Positions 16,333 through 24,667 of a DNA stretch of 32,000 nucleotides are shown here, one piece after another. Location: contig LT962688.1 in NCBI GenBank assembly GCA_900234795.1, positions 5,100,001-5,132,000 on the forward strand. The letters are read 5' to 3'. The notes under the pieces are model-generated. The model worked only from the letters and a program-made list of their open reading frames with translations, had not been told where the DNA came from and searched no databases. The stretch's first letter is position 1, and each line of letters opens with the position of its first letter. The translations under genes and the position numbers were made by a program. The DNA is from Methylorubrum extorquens. GTDB taxonomy: Bacteria; Pseudomonadota; Alphaproteobacteria; Rhizobiales; Beijerinckiaceae.

Positions 16333-16560
16333 CGCGGCGGTGCGCCTAGCGCCAGTCGTGCTCGTCTTGTCGCGCAGAACAGCGGTAGCGAAGGCGTTTG
16401 CCTTGACGGCGGCCGCCACGTCGACCGTGTCGCCCTCGCCGAGTTCCGCCCGCTCCTCCATCCGGCCGCCGAGCACAGCGTCGACCAGCGCGTTCAAATC
16501 GTCATGGGTGACGACCTTGGCCTTGAACAGTTCGCCGACGGTGGGGTTAGGATCAGCCAT
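16294..16560 (-). CDS. Hypothetical protein (88 aa) ending ...TAILRARAQKA
   Basis: High-GC3 ORF MADPNPTVGELFKAKVVTHDDLNALVDAVLGGRMEERAELGEGDTVDV.... Its ATG is only 46 bp from the left end of IS copy B, so its native promoter may be gone. Confidence 0.6.
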   Translation of the reverse strand: MADPNPTVGELFKAKVVTHDDLNALVDAVLGGRMEERAELGEGDTVDVAAAVKANAFATAVLRDKTSTTGARRTAARTAILRARAQKA

Positions 16561-16669
16561 GCGTGGACCCTATCGCCTGGACTGGGCGCGCGCCATCGTC
16601 AGCACCTGATCCGCCCCCAGCGGAGTGGTCCGCCCTTTAGTATGGCTTACGAGCCAGGAGGACGGATCG

Positions 16670-16948
16670 ATGTCGAGGAAGCGACCCAAGCCTGAGGAGA
16701 TTGTCGCGAAGCTGCGCCAAGCCGACGTGCTGATCGGTCAAGGTACGAGCGTGGCGGAGGCAATCCGGGCGATCGGCGTGAGCGAGGTTACCTACTACCG
16801 CTGGCGTCGTGAGTTCGGCGGGCTGAAGACCGATCAGGTCCGGCGCATGAAGGACCTGGAGACGGAGAACCAGCGGCTCAGGAAGGCGATTGCAGACCTG
16901 ACGCTCGACAAGCTCATCCTGCAGGAGGCGGCACGGGGAAACTTCTGA
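16670..16948 (+). CDS. IS3-family transposase OrfA (copy B)
   Basis: Identical protein to 3457..3735. Confidence 0.85.
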   Translation: MSRKRPKPEEIVAKLRQADVLIGQGTSVAEAIRAIGVSEVTYYRWRREFGGLKTDQVRRMKDLETENQRLRKAIADLTLDKLILQEAARGNF

Positions 16949-16983
16949 GCCCCGCGCGCCGACGCGCCTGTGTCGAGCACATC

Positions 16984-17853
16984 ATGCTGACGATGAACGT
17001 CTCCGAGCGGCGCACCTGCCGGGCGCTCGGTCAGCATCGCTCGACGCAGCGCAAGGTGCCGCGGGGCCGGGAGGATGAGGCCGCGCTCACCGCCGACCTC
17101 GTCGCGTTGGCCGAGCGGTATGGCCGCTACGGTTACCGCAAGATCTGCGCGCTGCTGAAGGCCGCCGGCTGGTTCGTCAACGACAAGCGCGTCGAGCGGA
17201 TTTGGCGGCGTGAAGGGCTGAAGGTGCCGACCCGCCAACCCAAGCGCGGGCGCCTCTGGGACAACGACGGCTCCTGCTTGCGGCTGCGGCCTGAGCGGCG
17301 CGACCACGTCTGGTCCTACGACTTCGTCGAAGCGCGCACCCACGATGGCCGGAAGGTGCGCATGCTCAACGTGATTGACGAGTTCACCCGCGAGTGCTTG
17401 GCGATCCGGGTCGCACGCAAGCTCAAGGCAGTCGACGTGATCGACGTCTTGTCCGACCTGTTCATACTGCGCGGCGTGCCCGAGCATGTTCGCTCGGACA
17501 ATGGCCCTGAGTTCGTGGCCAAGAGCGTGCAGGCTTGGATCATGGGGGTGGGCGCGAAGACGGCCTACATCGCGCCAGGATCGCCCTGGGAAAATGGCTT
17601 CGTCGAAAGCTTCAACGCACGGCTACGCGACGAACTGCTGGACGGAGAGATCTTCTATAGCTTGCGGGAGGCGCAGATCCTGATCGAGAGCTGGCGGCGG
17701 CACTACAACACCGTCCGCCCGCATGGCGCACTCGGCTATCGGCCGCCCGCGCCAGAGGTCTTCTTACCCGCCTTCACCGCTTGGCCGGCTGCGCTCACCC
17801 CACCGGCTCCGCCGGCCAAGCGACCCGTGGAGCAAAGGCCAACCGTGCACTAA
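16984..17853 (+). CDS. IS3-family transposase OrfB (copy B)
   Basis: The 289-aa translation is identical to copy A. The one nucleotide difference is synonymous (GCG vs GCC). Confidence 0.9.
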   Translation: MLTMNVSERRTCRALGQHRSTQRKVPRGREDEAALTADLVALAERYGRYGYRKICALLKAAGWFVNDKRVERIWRREGLKVPTRQPKRGRLWDNDGSCLRLRPERRDHVWSYDFVEARTHDGRKVRMLNVIDEFTRECLAIRVARKLKAVDVIDVLSDLFILRGVPEHVRSDNGPEFVAKSVQAWIMGVGAKTAYIAPGSPWENGFVESFNARLRDELLDGEIFYSLREAQILIESWRRHYNTVRPHGALGYRPPAPEVFLPAFTAWPAALTPPAPPAKRPVEQRPTVH

Positions 17854-17887
17854 CTCTATGCCTGGACCACCCGGTGGGGGCAGATCA

Positions 17888-18871
17888 CACAGCCAGCGCG
17901 AGCGTTGGCTTAACGTGTCCCATAAGCTCAGCAATGACGCTGCTGTTGACTGCCATCGAATGCGTTGAAGCGCGCTCAAGGTAGGTCGCGAAGGACCGCC
18001 TGAAGCTGTGGAAGTCCACCCCCCCACTCTGTCCCAGGACCGCTTGCCGGAACGTGGCGTACCGCTTCACGACGATCCAGCTTCTCTTGCCATCGGGTCC
18101 CGCGGGCGTGAGACCTGAAAATATCCAGCCATCTAAGGAGCTTGCTATCCGGCGCTGGATTATCGGCCAGACCGCACGGTGCACCGGCATAATTCGCCGG
18201 GCACTCTCCGTCTTGCCTTGCGGGATGCGGAATGCCTGCTGTGACTCGATCACGTCATCGACCCGTAGCTGGCAGAGTTCCCCGATCCTACAGCCCGTGA
18301 GCAGGCCCAATCTCATGAGGTCGAATAGGACGAGACCGTATCGCGAGCCGACAGCCGATCTCGGGTCGGCAATGAGGAGCCTGACCAGTTCCGGCGCCTC
18401 ATAGGCCCGTTTCGGACGCACAGATTTAACAGCGCTGACGAAGCTGCCTTGTCCTTCCCAGGGATTTTCCTCTACGAAACCGCGCTTCCGCAGCCACCTC
18501 CATAGCGAGGAGAGCGAACTGATTTTCCGGTTGACGGTCTTCTGACTCGCACCAGCCTGCATGAGAACGCCGCTGACAAATTCACCTGCGATTCGGCGGC
18601 TAATGCGCTCAACGGTGCGGTTTGAAGGCTGAGACTGAGCGAACTCCCTGATGGCGATCACGTGCTGCATCACCGACTGCTTCGTTTGAACCCCTTCGAT
18701 CTCGCTGAGCCATCTCGTCATCATGGCCAGGATCGTGGGGTGATCGTCCTTCTGCCCTGATGCAGATCGAAGCTTCGGCACTCTCTTGTGCGAATGATCG
18801 CCACCACCGTGGGGAAGCGGTATAGGTCGATCATGGCCTTCATCGTTGGGCGACCGTTGCGCTACGGTCAT
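17888..18871 (-). pseudogene. Phage-type tyrosine integrase, 3'-truncated by IS copy B (catalytic Tyr region missing)
   Basis: SAM-like N-domain (KTVNRKISSLSSLWRWLRKRGFVEENPW). Arg box LLTGCRIGELCQLRVDDV and box II DFHSFRRSFATYL...ELMGH are present. The ORF then ends 9 residues after GH, at a TGA made of the last 3 nt of the IS (17885..17887). The Tyr is expected about 9-10 residues after that His. Confidence 0.85.
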
Positions 18872-19003
18872 GTCCGCCGCCCAGGCAGGCTGCCAACCGT
18901 CTGAGACGGTCCGCGAGCCGATCCATTTCCACAGCAGTGAGAGTGCGATCCAGCGTCGCTCGCGCGCTACCGCTTCGCTCGTTGTGTCGAGGGCTCTGAC
19001 GAG

Positions 19004-19069
19004 GTGCTGCTGACCGACTGTGGCGACGAGATGGGCTGGAACCCGCAGACTGTGCGTCGTCAGATGATT
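19004..19069 (+). pseudogene. 5' part of a small Xis/AlpA-like HTH gene interrupted by the IS at 19070
   Basis: GTG at 19004 (GAGGG 10 nt upstream), then LLTDCGDEMGWNPQTVRRQMI. The frame stops at the TGA formed by the IS terminus TGAGAC. It lies divergent from the integrase. Confidence 0.4.
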
Positions 19070-19122
19070 TGAGACGGTTTGCGGTGCTCAGGAACGGAGG
19101 CTCTGGTCCATCTGGGTGAGGG

Positions 19123-20103
19123 TTAGGCGGCCTGCGCGTGATGGCGCAAGCGGCGGTGCATGAGAGTCTGGCGCTTGATCTGCGCTCGATCGCGCAGGAT
19201 GGCCTCGCCACGGCCGAAGTAGACGTCGGACGGGGTGAGGTTGCCCAGGCTCTCATGAGCCCGGACATGGTTGTAGTGCTCGACGAAGGCGGCGACCCGC
19301 GCCTCCAGCTCGCCGGGCAGGTAGGCGTGTTCGAGCAGGATGCGGTTCTTGAGCGTCAAGTGCCAGCGCTCGATCTTGCCCTGTGTCTGCGGATGGCGGG
19401 GCGCCCCCCGGATGTGGGTCATGCCCCGGCTGCCGAGCCACGTGGCCAAGTCAGCCGCGACGTAGCTCGATCCGTTGTCGGTGAGCAGCCGTGGCCGGTG
19501 TGCCACCTGCACGGGGTCGAGGCCGGCAGCCGTAAGCGCCAAGTCGAGTGTGGCGGTGACGTCGCTGGCCTGCATCGTCGTGCACAGCTTCCAAGCTACG
19601 ATGTAGCGCGAGAAGTCATCCAGCACCGTCGAGAGATAGTACCAGCCCCAGCCGACGACCTTCAGGTAGGTGAAGTCCGTCTGCCACAGCTGGTTGGGCG
19701 CGGTGGTCTTGTCGCGGAACTCATCGGCGGCGTTGGCGACGATATAGGCCGGGCTGGTGACCAGATCCTGAGCTTTGAGCAGGCGGTAGACGGTGGCTTC
19801 GGAGACGAAGTACCGCCGCTCGTCGGTGAAGCGTACCGCCAGCTCGCGCGGGCTGAGTTCCGGCTCTTCCAGCGCGAGCGCGACAATCTGCTCGCGAACC
19901 TCCATGGGCAGGCGGTTCCACACCCGGCTTGGTCGCGAGGGGCGATCGACCAGAGCCTCGGGGCCGCCGCGTTGGTAGGTGTCGTACCAACGGTAGAACG
20001 TGGCTCGGGCGACGCCGAGCTTGTCCAGGGTGGCGCGCACCGGCAGGTGGGACTGCTCGACCAGCCGGATGACCTCCAGCTTCTCGGGGGCCGGGTACCT
20101 CAT
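19123..20103 (-). CDS. IS3-family transposase OrfB (HTH + DDE/rve)
   Basis: 326 aa. Motifs: LWQTDFTYLKVVGWGWYYLSTVLDDFSRYIVAW, RLLTDNGSSYVA, PRHPQTQGKIERWHLTLK. Its ATG overlaps the orfA stop (ATGA at 20103..20100). Confidence 0.9.
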   Translation of the reverse strand: MRYPAPEKLEVIRLVEQSHLPVRATLDKLGVARATFYRWYDTYQRGGPEALVDRPSRPSRVWNRLPMEVREQIVALALEEPELSPRELAVRFTDERRYFVSEATVYRLLKAQDLVTSPAYIVANAADEFRDKTTAPNQLWQTDFTYLKVVGWGWYYLSTVLDDFSRYIVAWKLCTTMQASDVTATLDLALTAAGLDPVQVAHRPRLLTDNGSSYVAADLATWLGSRGMTHIRGAPRHPQTQGKIERWHLTLKNRILLEHAYLPGELEARVAAFVEHYNHVRAHESLGNLTPSDVYFGRGEAILRDRAQIKRQTLMHRRLRHHAQAA

Positions 20104-20474
20104 GCCTCGTCGCCCCCAGCCCCGCTCATGCTTTTTTTGAGCAGGCGGTTCTCCAGGACGAGGTCGGCCACGACCTCCTTCAGCGCGCCCGCCTCGCGGC
20201 GCAGGTCCTTGACCTCATCGGCGGTGGCGGCACGGGCCGTGTCGCCGGCCAGCCGCTTCTTCCCGGCTTCCAGGAACTCCTTGGACCAGCCGTAGTACAT
20301 CGAGCTGGCGATGCCTTCGCGCCGGCACAGCTCGGCGATGCTGTCCTCGCCGCGCAGGCCTTCCAGCACGATGCGGATCTTCTCTTCGGCCGAGAACTGC
20401 CGACGCGTAGCGCGGCGGATGTCCTTGATCACGGCCTCCGCCGGCTTCCGTACCGGCCCGGATGACTGTTTCAT
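20100..20474 (-). CDS. IS3-family transposase OrfA (HTH_Tnp_1 type)
   Basis: 124 aa: RRQFSAEEKIRIVLEGLRGEDSIAELCRREGIASSMYYGWSKEFLEAGKKRL...VVADLVLENRLLKKS. An A7 run (T7 on the plus strand, 20132..20138) lies in the region where the orfB frame is already open. It is a candidate slippage site for an OrfAB fusion. Confidence 0.9.
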   Translation of the reverse strand: MKQSSGPVRKPAEAVIKDIRRATRRQFSAEEKIRIVLEGLRGEDSIAELCRREGIASSMYYGWSKEFLEAGKKRLAGDTARAATADEVKDLRREAGALKEVVADLVLENRLLKKSMSGAGGDEA

Positions 20475-20539
20475 CTTCGCTCCTGGGGGCTACGATGAAC
20501 CAGCCATCCTCCGTTCGTGAAGACCCTCAATCTGTCTCA

Positions 20540-20644
20540 GGAGTGCTGACGGCGGACAATGCGGTTAACAAGCTCGGCAGATACGACGTCAGGCAAAATT
20601 CAAGCCCCTGTCTGGAGAGAGGCGTCGGGGCGCGTCGTACTTAG
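20540..20644 (+). pseudogene. 3' part of the Xis/AlpA-like HTH gene interrupted by the IS
   Basis: The frame continues directly from 19069 (..CAG ATG ATT | GGA GTG CTG..). It gives GVLTADNAVNKLGRYDVRQNSSPCLERGVGARRT*. Joined, the product would be 56 aa with an excisionase-like pattern: LT..G.E.G....TVRR....G.L.A....KLGR..V. Confidence 0.4.
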
Positions 20645-20810
20645 TCGCTAGCTTTCGCCTAATGGGTTCAAGGAAGCGAGCAGACGATCATCCGGATCTC
20701 CGTGCAGGAGAGCTGGGGACGTCTATGCTTGCTCCCAGGCTGCGCACACGCTCTCCAGATCACCTCGCACTGAGATCCTCCGACTAAACACTCGCACGCA
20801 CCGTGCGTGC

Positions 20811-22295
20811 ATGTTCTTGGAGGCACTCGTGCCCAAACAACCCCGCTCCCGCCGCAGCTCAATCAGTGCGGCTGCCAATCCAACGGCCTCCAACACCTTC
20901 CTCGTCGAGACAATCGAGCTCGTTCCCAGTGACAGCCTGACCGCCTACGACCGCGACCTGCGACAGCACTCCGACAAGCAGATCGCGCAGATCGCCGCCA
21001 GTCTGCGCGCGTTCGGCTTCCTCGTGCCCGTCATCGCCGCCGCCGACAACACCATCGTGGCAGGCCATGGCCGCTGGCTGGCCGCCAAGCACCTCGGACT
21101 GCCTCGTCTGCCCGTCATCCGAGCCGGGCACCTCTCCCCTGAGCGCCTGCGCGCATTCCGCCTTGCCGACAACCGGCTGGCCGAGAATGCCGGCTGGAAC
21201 CGCGAGGCGCTCGCTGTCGAACTGGCCGAGCTCACCGGGCTCGAGCTTGAGTTCGAACTCGAGCTGACCGGCTTCGAGACTGCCGAGATCGACCTCATCC
21301 TGGATCCGCCCAATGACAAGGCAGCCGCCGACCCTGCCGATGTCTGTCCGCCGCTGGCGGCCGGTTCCGCCGTCACGCAAGCGGGCGACCTCTGGCAGTT
21401 GGGTCCGCATCGTCTACTCTATGCCTCGGCTCTTGAGGCGGACAACTACGCCATGCTGCTGCAAGGCGAGAGCGTTCGGATGGTGTTCTCGGATCCGCCC
21501 TACAACGTCCCGGTCTCCGGTCACGTCTGCGGTTCGGGCAAGGTGCAGCATCGTGAGTTCGCGATGGCCTCAGGCGAGATGAGCGAGGCCGAGTTCGTCG
21601 CCTTCCTCGTTCAGGCCATGGCACATCTGCGCGAGCGGCTGGTGCCCGGCGGCCTGATGTATTTGGCCATGGATCATCGGCACGTGTTCGAGCTGAGCAC
21701 GGCCGCACGGCAGATAGGCCTGGAGCAGCTCAACATCTGCGTCTGGAACAAGACCAACGCCGGCATGGGCTCGTTCTACCGCTCCAAACACGAGCTCATC
21801 TTCGTGCTGCGCAAGCCCGGCGCGGCGCACCTCAATACGGTCGAGCTTGGTCGGCACGGCCGCTACCGCACCAACGTCTGGGATTATGCCGGCGTGAACA
21901 CCTTCGGCCGTCACCGGATACGGGAGCTGTCCTCGCATCCGACAGTCAAGCCGGTGGCTCTGGTCATCGACGCGATCAAGGACTGCACCCGTCGTGGCGA
22001 GCGCGTGCTCGATGCTTTCTGTGGCTCGGGCACGACGCTGATTGCAGCCGAGAGGGCAGGGCGGGTTGGCTACGGCATCGAACTCGATCCGGTCTACGTC
22101 GATGTCGCGGTGCGCCGCTGGCAGGCGCTGAGCGGTCGGGAGGCCGTGCACGCGATCACCGGAGCTTCCTTCGCCGAGCAGGCTGCTAGCCTTGCCCGGG
22201 ACGAGGGACGTTCAGCCGTCATCAGCCTCGCGGCAAGCCAGCCTTCCGCAACGATGCAGCCTGGCATGGCGATGGGGGAAGGAAGCCATGTCTAA
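20811..22295 (+). CDS. ParB-like N-terminal domain fused to an N6-adenine/N4-cytosine DNA methyltransferase
   Basis: 494 aa. ParB/Srx-like part: VPVIAAADNTIVAGHGRWLAAKHLGLPRLPVI. Methylase motif IV is FSDPPYN, and the AdoMet motif I is at the C-terminus (VLDAFCGSGTTLIAAERAGR), i.e. beta-class order. No endonuclease gene is adjacent. Confidence 0.9.
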   Translation: MFLEALVPKQPRSRRSSISAAANPTASNTFLVETIELVPSDSLTAYDRDLRQHSDKQIAQIAASLRAFGFLVPVIAAADNTIVAGHGRWLAAKHLGLPRLPVIRAGHLSPERLRAFRLADNRLAENAGWNREALAVELAELTGLELEFELELTGFETAEIDLILDPPNDKAAADPADVCPPLAAGSAVTQAGDLWQLGPHRLLYASALEADNYAMLLQGESVRMVFSDPPYNVPVSGHVCGSGKVQHREFAMASGEMSEAEFVAFLVQAMAHLRERLVPGGLMYLAMDHRHVFELSTAARQIGLEQLNICVWNKTNAGMGSFYRSKHELIFVLRKPGAAHLNTVELGRHGRYRTNVWDYAGVNTFGRHRIRELSSHPTVKPVALVIDAIKDCTRRGERVLDAFCGSGTTLIAAERAGRVGYGIELDPVYVDVAVRRWQALSGREAVHAITGASFAEQAASLARDEGRSAVISLAASQPSATMQPGMAMGEGSHV

Positions 22296-22842
22296 GCGGC
22301 AGAGAACAGGCGTCCCTCTCGGCGCCGATGATTCTGGATCGGCGGATTACGAGGTTGGCTACGGTCGGCCTCCGCGTGCGAGCCGGTTCAAGCCGGGCCA
22401 GTGCGGCAACCCGAAAGGCCGGCCCAGGAAGCCCAAGACCCTCATGGAGGCGGTCGAGCGTGAGCTCGACCGTACCGCCGTCGTGCGGGAGGGTGGACGC
22501 GAGAAGCGCCTCACCAAGCGTGAGGTCGTCAGCCGGCAACTGGTCGATGCTTCCTGCCGCGGGCAGCTTGGAGCGACGCGCCTTCTGCGCGACTTTGGCG
22601 GCGGCGTCATGATCGAGCGGGGGCCGCCATCCGACCCGGTGCTGACGCCGGCGCACCCGATCGACGCGACGGACCACCAGATCATCGCAAGCTTTGCCGC
22701 GATGATCCAGGCTAGAGCCCAGATCGATCCGGCCGCTGCACCGAACGCGTCCGCCGCCGATGATGACGCGGATGCTTTGGGTGAGGCCGGCCCGCCGCAG
22801 CAGGGGTTCGCTGCGTCGCTGCCGCCACCAGCCTGCCACTGA
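22288..22842 (+). CDS. DUF5681-like phage protein (usual partner upstream of this terminase type; family from memory)
   Basis: The ATG at 22288 (SD GGAAGGAAG) overlaps the methylase stop by 8 nt. Motif: YEVGYGRPPRASRFKPGQCGNPKGRPRKPKTLMEAVERELDRTAVVREGGREKRLTKREV. Confidence 0.7.
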   Translation: MSKRQRTGVPLGADDSGSADYEVGYGRPPRASRFKPGQCGNPKGRPRKPKTLMEAVERELDRTAVVREGGREKRLTKREVVSRQLVDASCRGQLGATRLLRDFGGGVMIERGPPSDPVLTPAHPIDATDHQIIASFAAMIQARAQIDPAAAPNASAADDDADALGEAGPPQQGFAASLPPPACH

Positions 22843-22853
22843 GGAGAAGCGCC

Positions 22854-24311
22854 GTGTTCCACGATACCCAGCTGCGCGACGCGCTCCTGCGCGAGTACCT
22901 CTACTTCTTCGCCTGGAAGGCGTTCGCCGGCCTGCACCCCGGCGACAGCTTCATCCCGGCTTGGCACGTGCGCGCGATGACGCACGCGCTTGAGCGGGTT
23001 GCCCGCGGCGAGTGCCGGCGCCTGCTCATCACCGTGCCGCCTCGCCACCTCAAGTCGATCTGCACGGCCGTCGCTTTCCCAGCTTGGCTGCTCGGCCGTG
23101 ATCCCAGCATCAAGATCATGGTCGCGAGCTACGGAGGAGAGCTGGCTGCCAAGCATGCTCGCGACTTCCGGCTGCTGCTGGGCCAGGATTGGTACAGAGC
23201 ACTGTTCCCAGGTACCCGGCTGGCGCTGGGCGGCAACCGCGAGGACGAGCAGATCACCACCGCCAAGGGTGGCCGCAAGGCGCTCTCGCTGGGTGGTGCC
23301 GGGACAGGCTTTGGCGCCGACCTCATCATCATCGACGACCTGATGAAGGCGGGTGACGCCTCCTCACCGGCCAAGCGCGAAGAGGTCAGGGCCTACTACG
23401 AACAGACGCTGCTCTCGCGCCTGAACGACAAGGCGAGCGGGCGCATTGTAGCCATTCAGCAGCGGCTGCACGAGGACGACCTTGCCGGCTACCTGATCAA
23501 CTCCGGCCAGTTCGAGCACCTCAACCTGCCGGCGATCGCCATCCAAGAGGAAGCGGTGCCGATTGGCTTCGGCGAGGTTCATCATCGCAGCAAGGATGCG
23601 GTGCTGTGCCCGGAGCGAGAGCCGCGACAAGTTCTGGAAGAGCTGCGTGTCAGCATGGGCGGCGCTGCCTTCTCCGCGCAGTACCAGCAGGATCCGACGC
23701 CTCCTGGCGGTAACCGGATCCGCTGGGAGTGGTTCGGCAGCTACGACACGCCGCTTCCGCGGGAGTCCTACCAGTGCGTGGTTCAGAGTTGGGATACGGC
23801 GCTGACGGCGGAGCCGACGAGCGACTTCTCAGTCGGCCTGACCTTCGGATTCCACGACGGGCGCTGGCATCTGCTCGATCTGGAGCGACAGCGGCTGGAC
23901 TTCCCGGACCTGAAGCGTCGGGTTCAGGGGCTTGCTGCCCGCTGGAAGGCTGACGTCGTCGTCGTGGAGCATGCCGGCTCGGGCATCTCCCTTCTGCAGC
24001 AGCTGAGACAGGAGGAGAGCAACCGGGCACGGCTCTTCGTCGATTGGCCCGTCCGACTGGACAAGCGCACAAGGCTCGAGGCGCAGACGGCGCGATTGGA
24101 GAGCGGCCGTTATCGGCTGCCGCGTGAGGCGCCGTGGCTTGAGGTGTTTCGGCGGGAGCTGTTGGCGTTTCCGAACGGCCGGCATGACGATCAGGTCGAC
24201 AGCCTGGTGCTGTTCCTGGAGTGGTCGTCATGTCCGCGTGCGCTGGACTTCCCCCGGCGAGACCCTGTCACGGGGCGACCACTGCGTCGATCGCGGAACC
24301 GCTTCGGATAG
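22854..24311 (+). CDS. Phage terminase large subunit
   Basis: The GTG at 22854 is preceded by GAGGAGaagcgcc. ATPase part: RRLLITVPPRHLKS (Walker A position) and ADLIIIDDLMK (Walker B). RNaseH-like nuclease part: VQSWDTA, VVVVEHAGSG, GRHDDQVDS. Confidence 0.85.
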   Translation: MFHDTQLRDALLREYLYFFAWKAFAGLHPGDSFIPAWHVRAMTHALERVARGECRRLLITVPPRHLKSICTAVAFPAWLLGRDPSIKIMVASYGGELAAKHARDFRLLLGQDWYRALFPGTRLALGGNREDEQITTAKGGRKALSLGGAGTGFGADLIIIDDLMKAGDASSPAKREEVRAYYEQTLLSRLNDKASGRIVAIQQRLHEDDLAGYLINSGQFEHLNLPAIAIQEEAVPIGFGEVHHRSKDAVLCPEREPRQVLEELRVSMGGAAFSAQYQQDPTPPGGNRIRWEWFGSYDTPLPRESYQCVVQSWDTALTAEPTSDFSVGLTFGFHDGRWHLLDLERQRLDFPDLKRRVQGLAARWKADVVVVEHAGSGISLLQQLRQEESNRARLFVDWPVRLDKRTRLEAQTARLESGRYRLPREAPWLEVFRRELLAFPNGRHDDQVDSLVLFLEWSSCPRALDFPRRDPVTGRPLRRSRNRFG

Positions 24312-24667
24312 CGTTGCCGGAGGCTCCCTGCTTCTGCTTCGCGCCATTACCGGACGTTCAGCCTAGCGCAACAAGACGTCCGCTCATGATGCAGAGGCGA
24401 GCAGAATTGTTGCATGTTTTAGTTTAGTCGCCAGTTGGTTCTAAAGGTTGAACGAGTTTGGCTCAAGCATGGACCACGGGCGACATGAGTATCAAATGCG
24501 CCTCGTCAAATCACTAACGCCCCTCCGGCTCTGAGTGTCGGCCTTTCGGGCGTCTCCACTCGCCGTTCCCCTGTTCGCTCTCGCGGCTGCCACTGGCGGC
24601 AGGAACTACGTCGAGGGCGCACGTACTCGGAACGAGGCGGCACGGTTGAGCAGCATTCTCACCCAGA

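Larger units (their letters stand above)
16607..17887 (+). mobile_element. IS3-family insertion sequence, copy B (1281 bp), same orientation as copy A
   Basis: It has the same termini and ORFs as copy A, at an offset of 13213 bp, with two substitutions seen. The flanks are ...GTCAGCACC on the left and CACAGCC... on the right, with no clean target duplication. Confidence 0.9.
19070..20539 (-). mobile_element. Second IS3-family insertion sequence type (1470 bp)
   Basis: Termini TGAGACGGTTTGCGGTGCTCAGGAACGGAGG (left) and the reverse complement of the right end, TGAGACAGATTGAGGGTCTTCACGAACGGAGG. These are imperfect inverted repeats of about 31 bp with TG...CA ends. It carries orfA and orfB. I see no target-site duplication (flanks ...GATGATT and GGAGTGC...). 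Confidence 0.85.

Noticed and set aside
3394-17887. Interpretation as a classical composite transposon inserted into one target site
   Set aside because: The outer flanks belong to two different truncated genes and there is no shared target duplication (CACC on the left of A versus CACA on the right of B). I kept it only as an IS-bracketed segment shaped by recombination.
16604-17890. Possible 3-bp duplication CAC flanking IS copy B
   Set aside because: It requires moving the left IS end one base outward, against the TG...CA termini. Reading the integrase frame across the putative restored junction also gives ...LALAVLTMARAQSRR* without the catalytic Tyr. The match is probably chance.
18872-19003. 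Search for a tRNA gene or att site next to the integrase, including the short palindrome CCGTCTGAGACGG at about 18897
   Set aside because: I could find no cloverleaf-compatible sequence here or in 20540..20810. The palindrome is too short to interpret.
19138-20295. 385-aa plus-strand ORF across the second IS
   Set aside because: It is antisense to the well-supported orfA/orfB transposase genes and has no motifs. The same applies to 3621..4274 and 16834..17487, which are antisense to the IS3 orfB copies.
21231-21270. Palindromic cluster CTCGAGCTTGAGTTCGAACTCGAGCTG, including the perfect 12-bp palindrome GAGTTCGAACTC
   Set aside because: It lies inside the methylase ORF and simply encodes the repetitive peptide LELEFELEL. 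There is no reason to invoke a regulatory site.
21570-24231. Several minus-strand ORFs of 190-265 aa (21570..22151, 22222..22839, 22359..23156, 23650..24231)
   Set aside because: All are antisense to the methylase, DUF5681-like and terminase genes. They have biased Arg/Ala/Pro/Ser composition.
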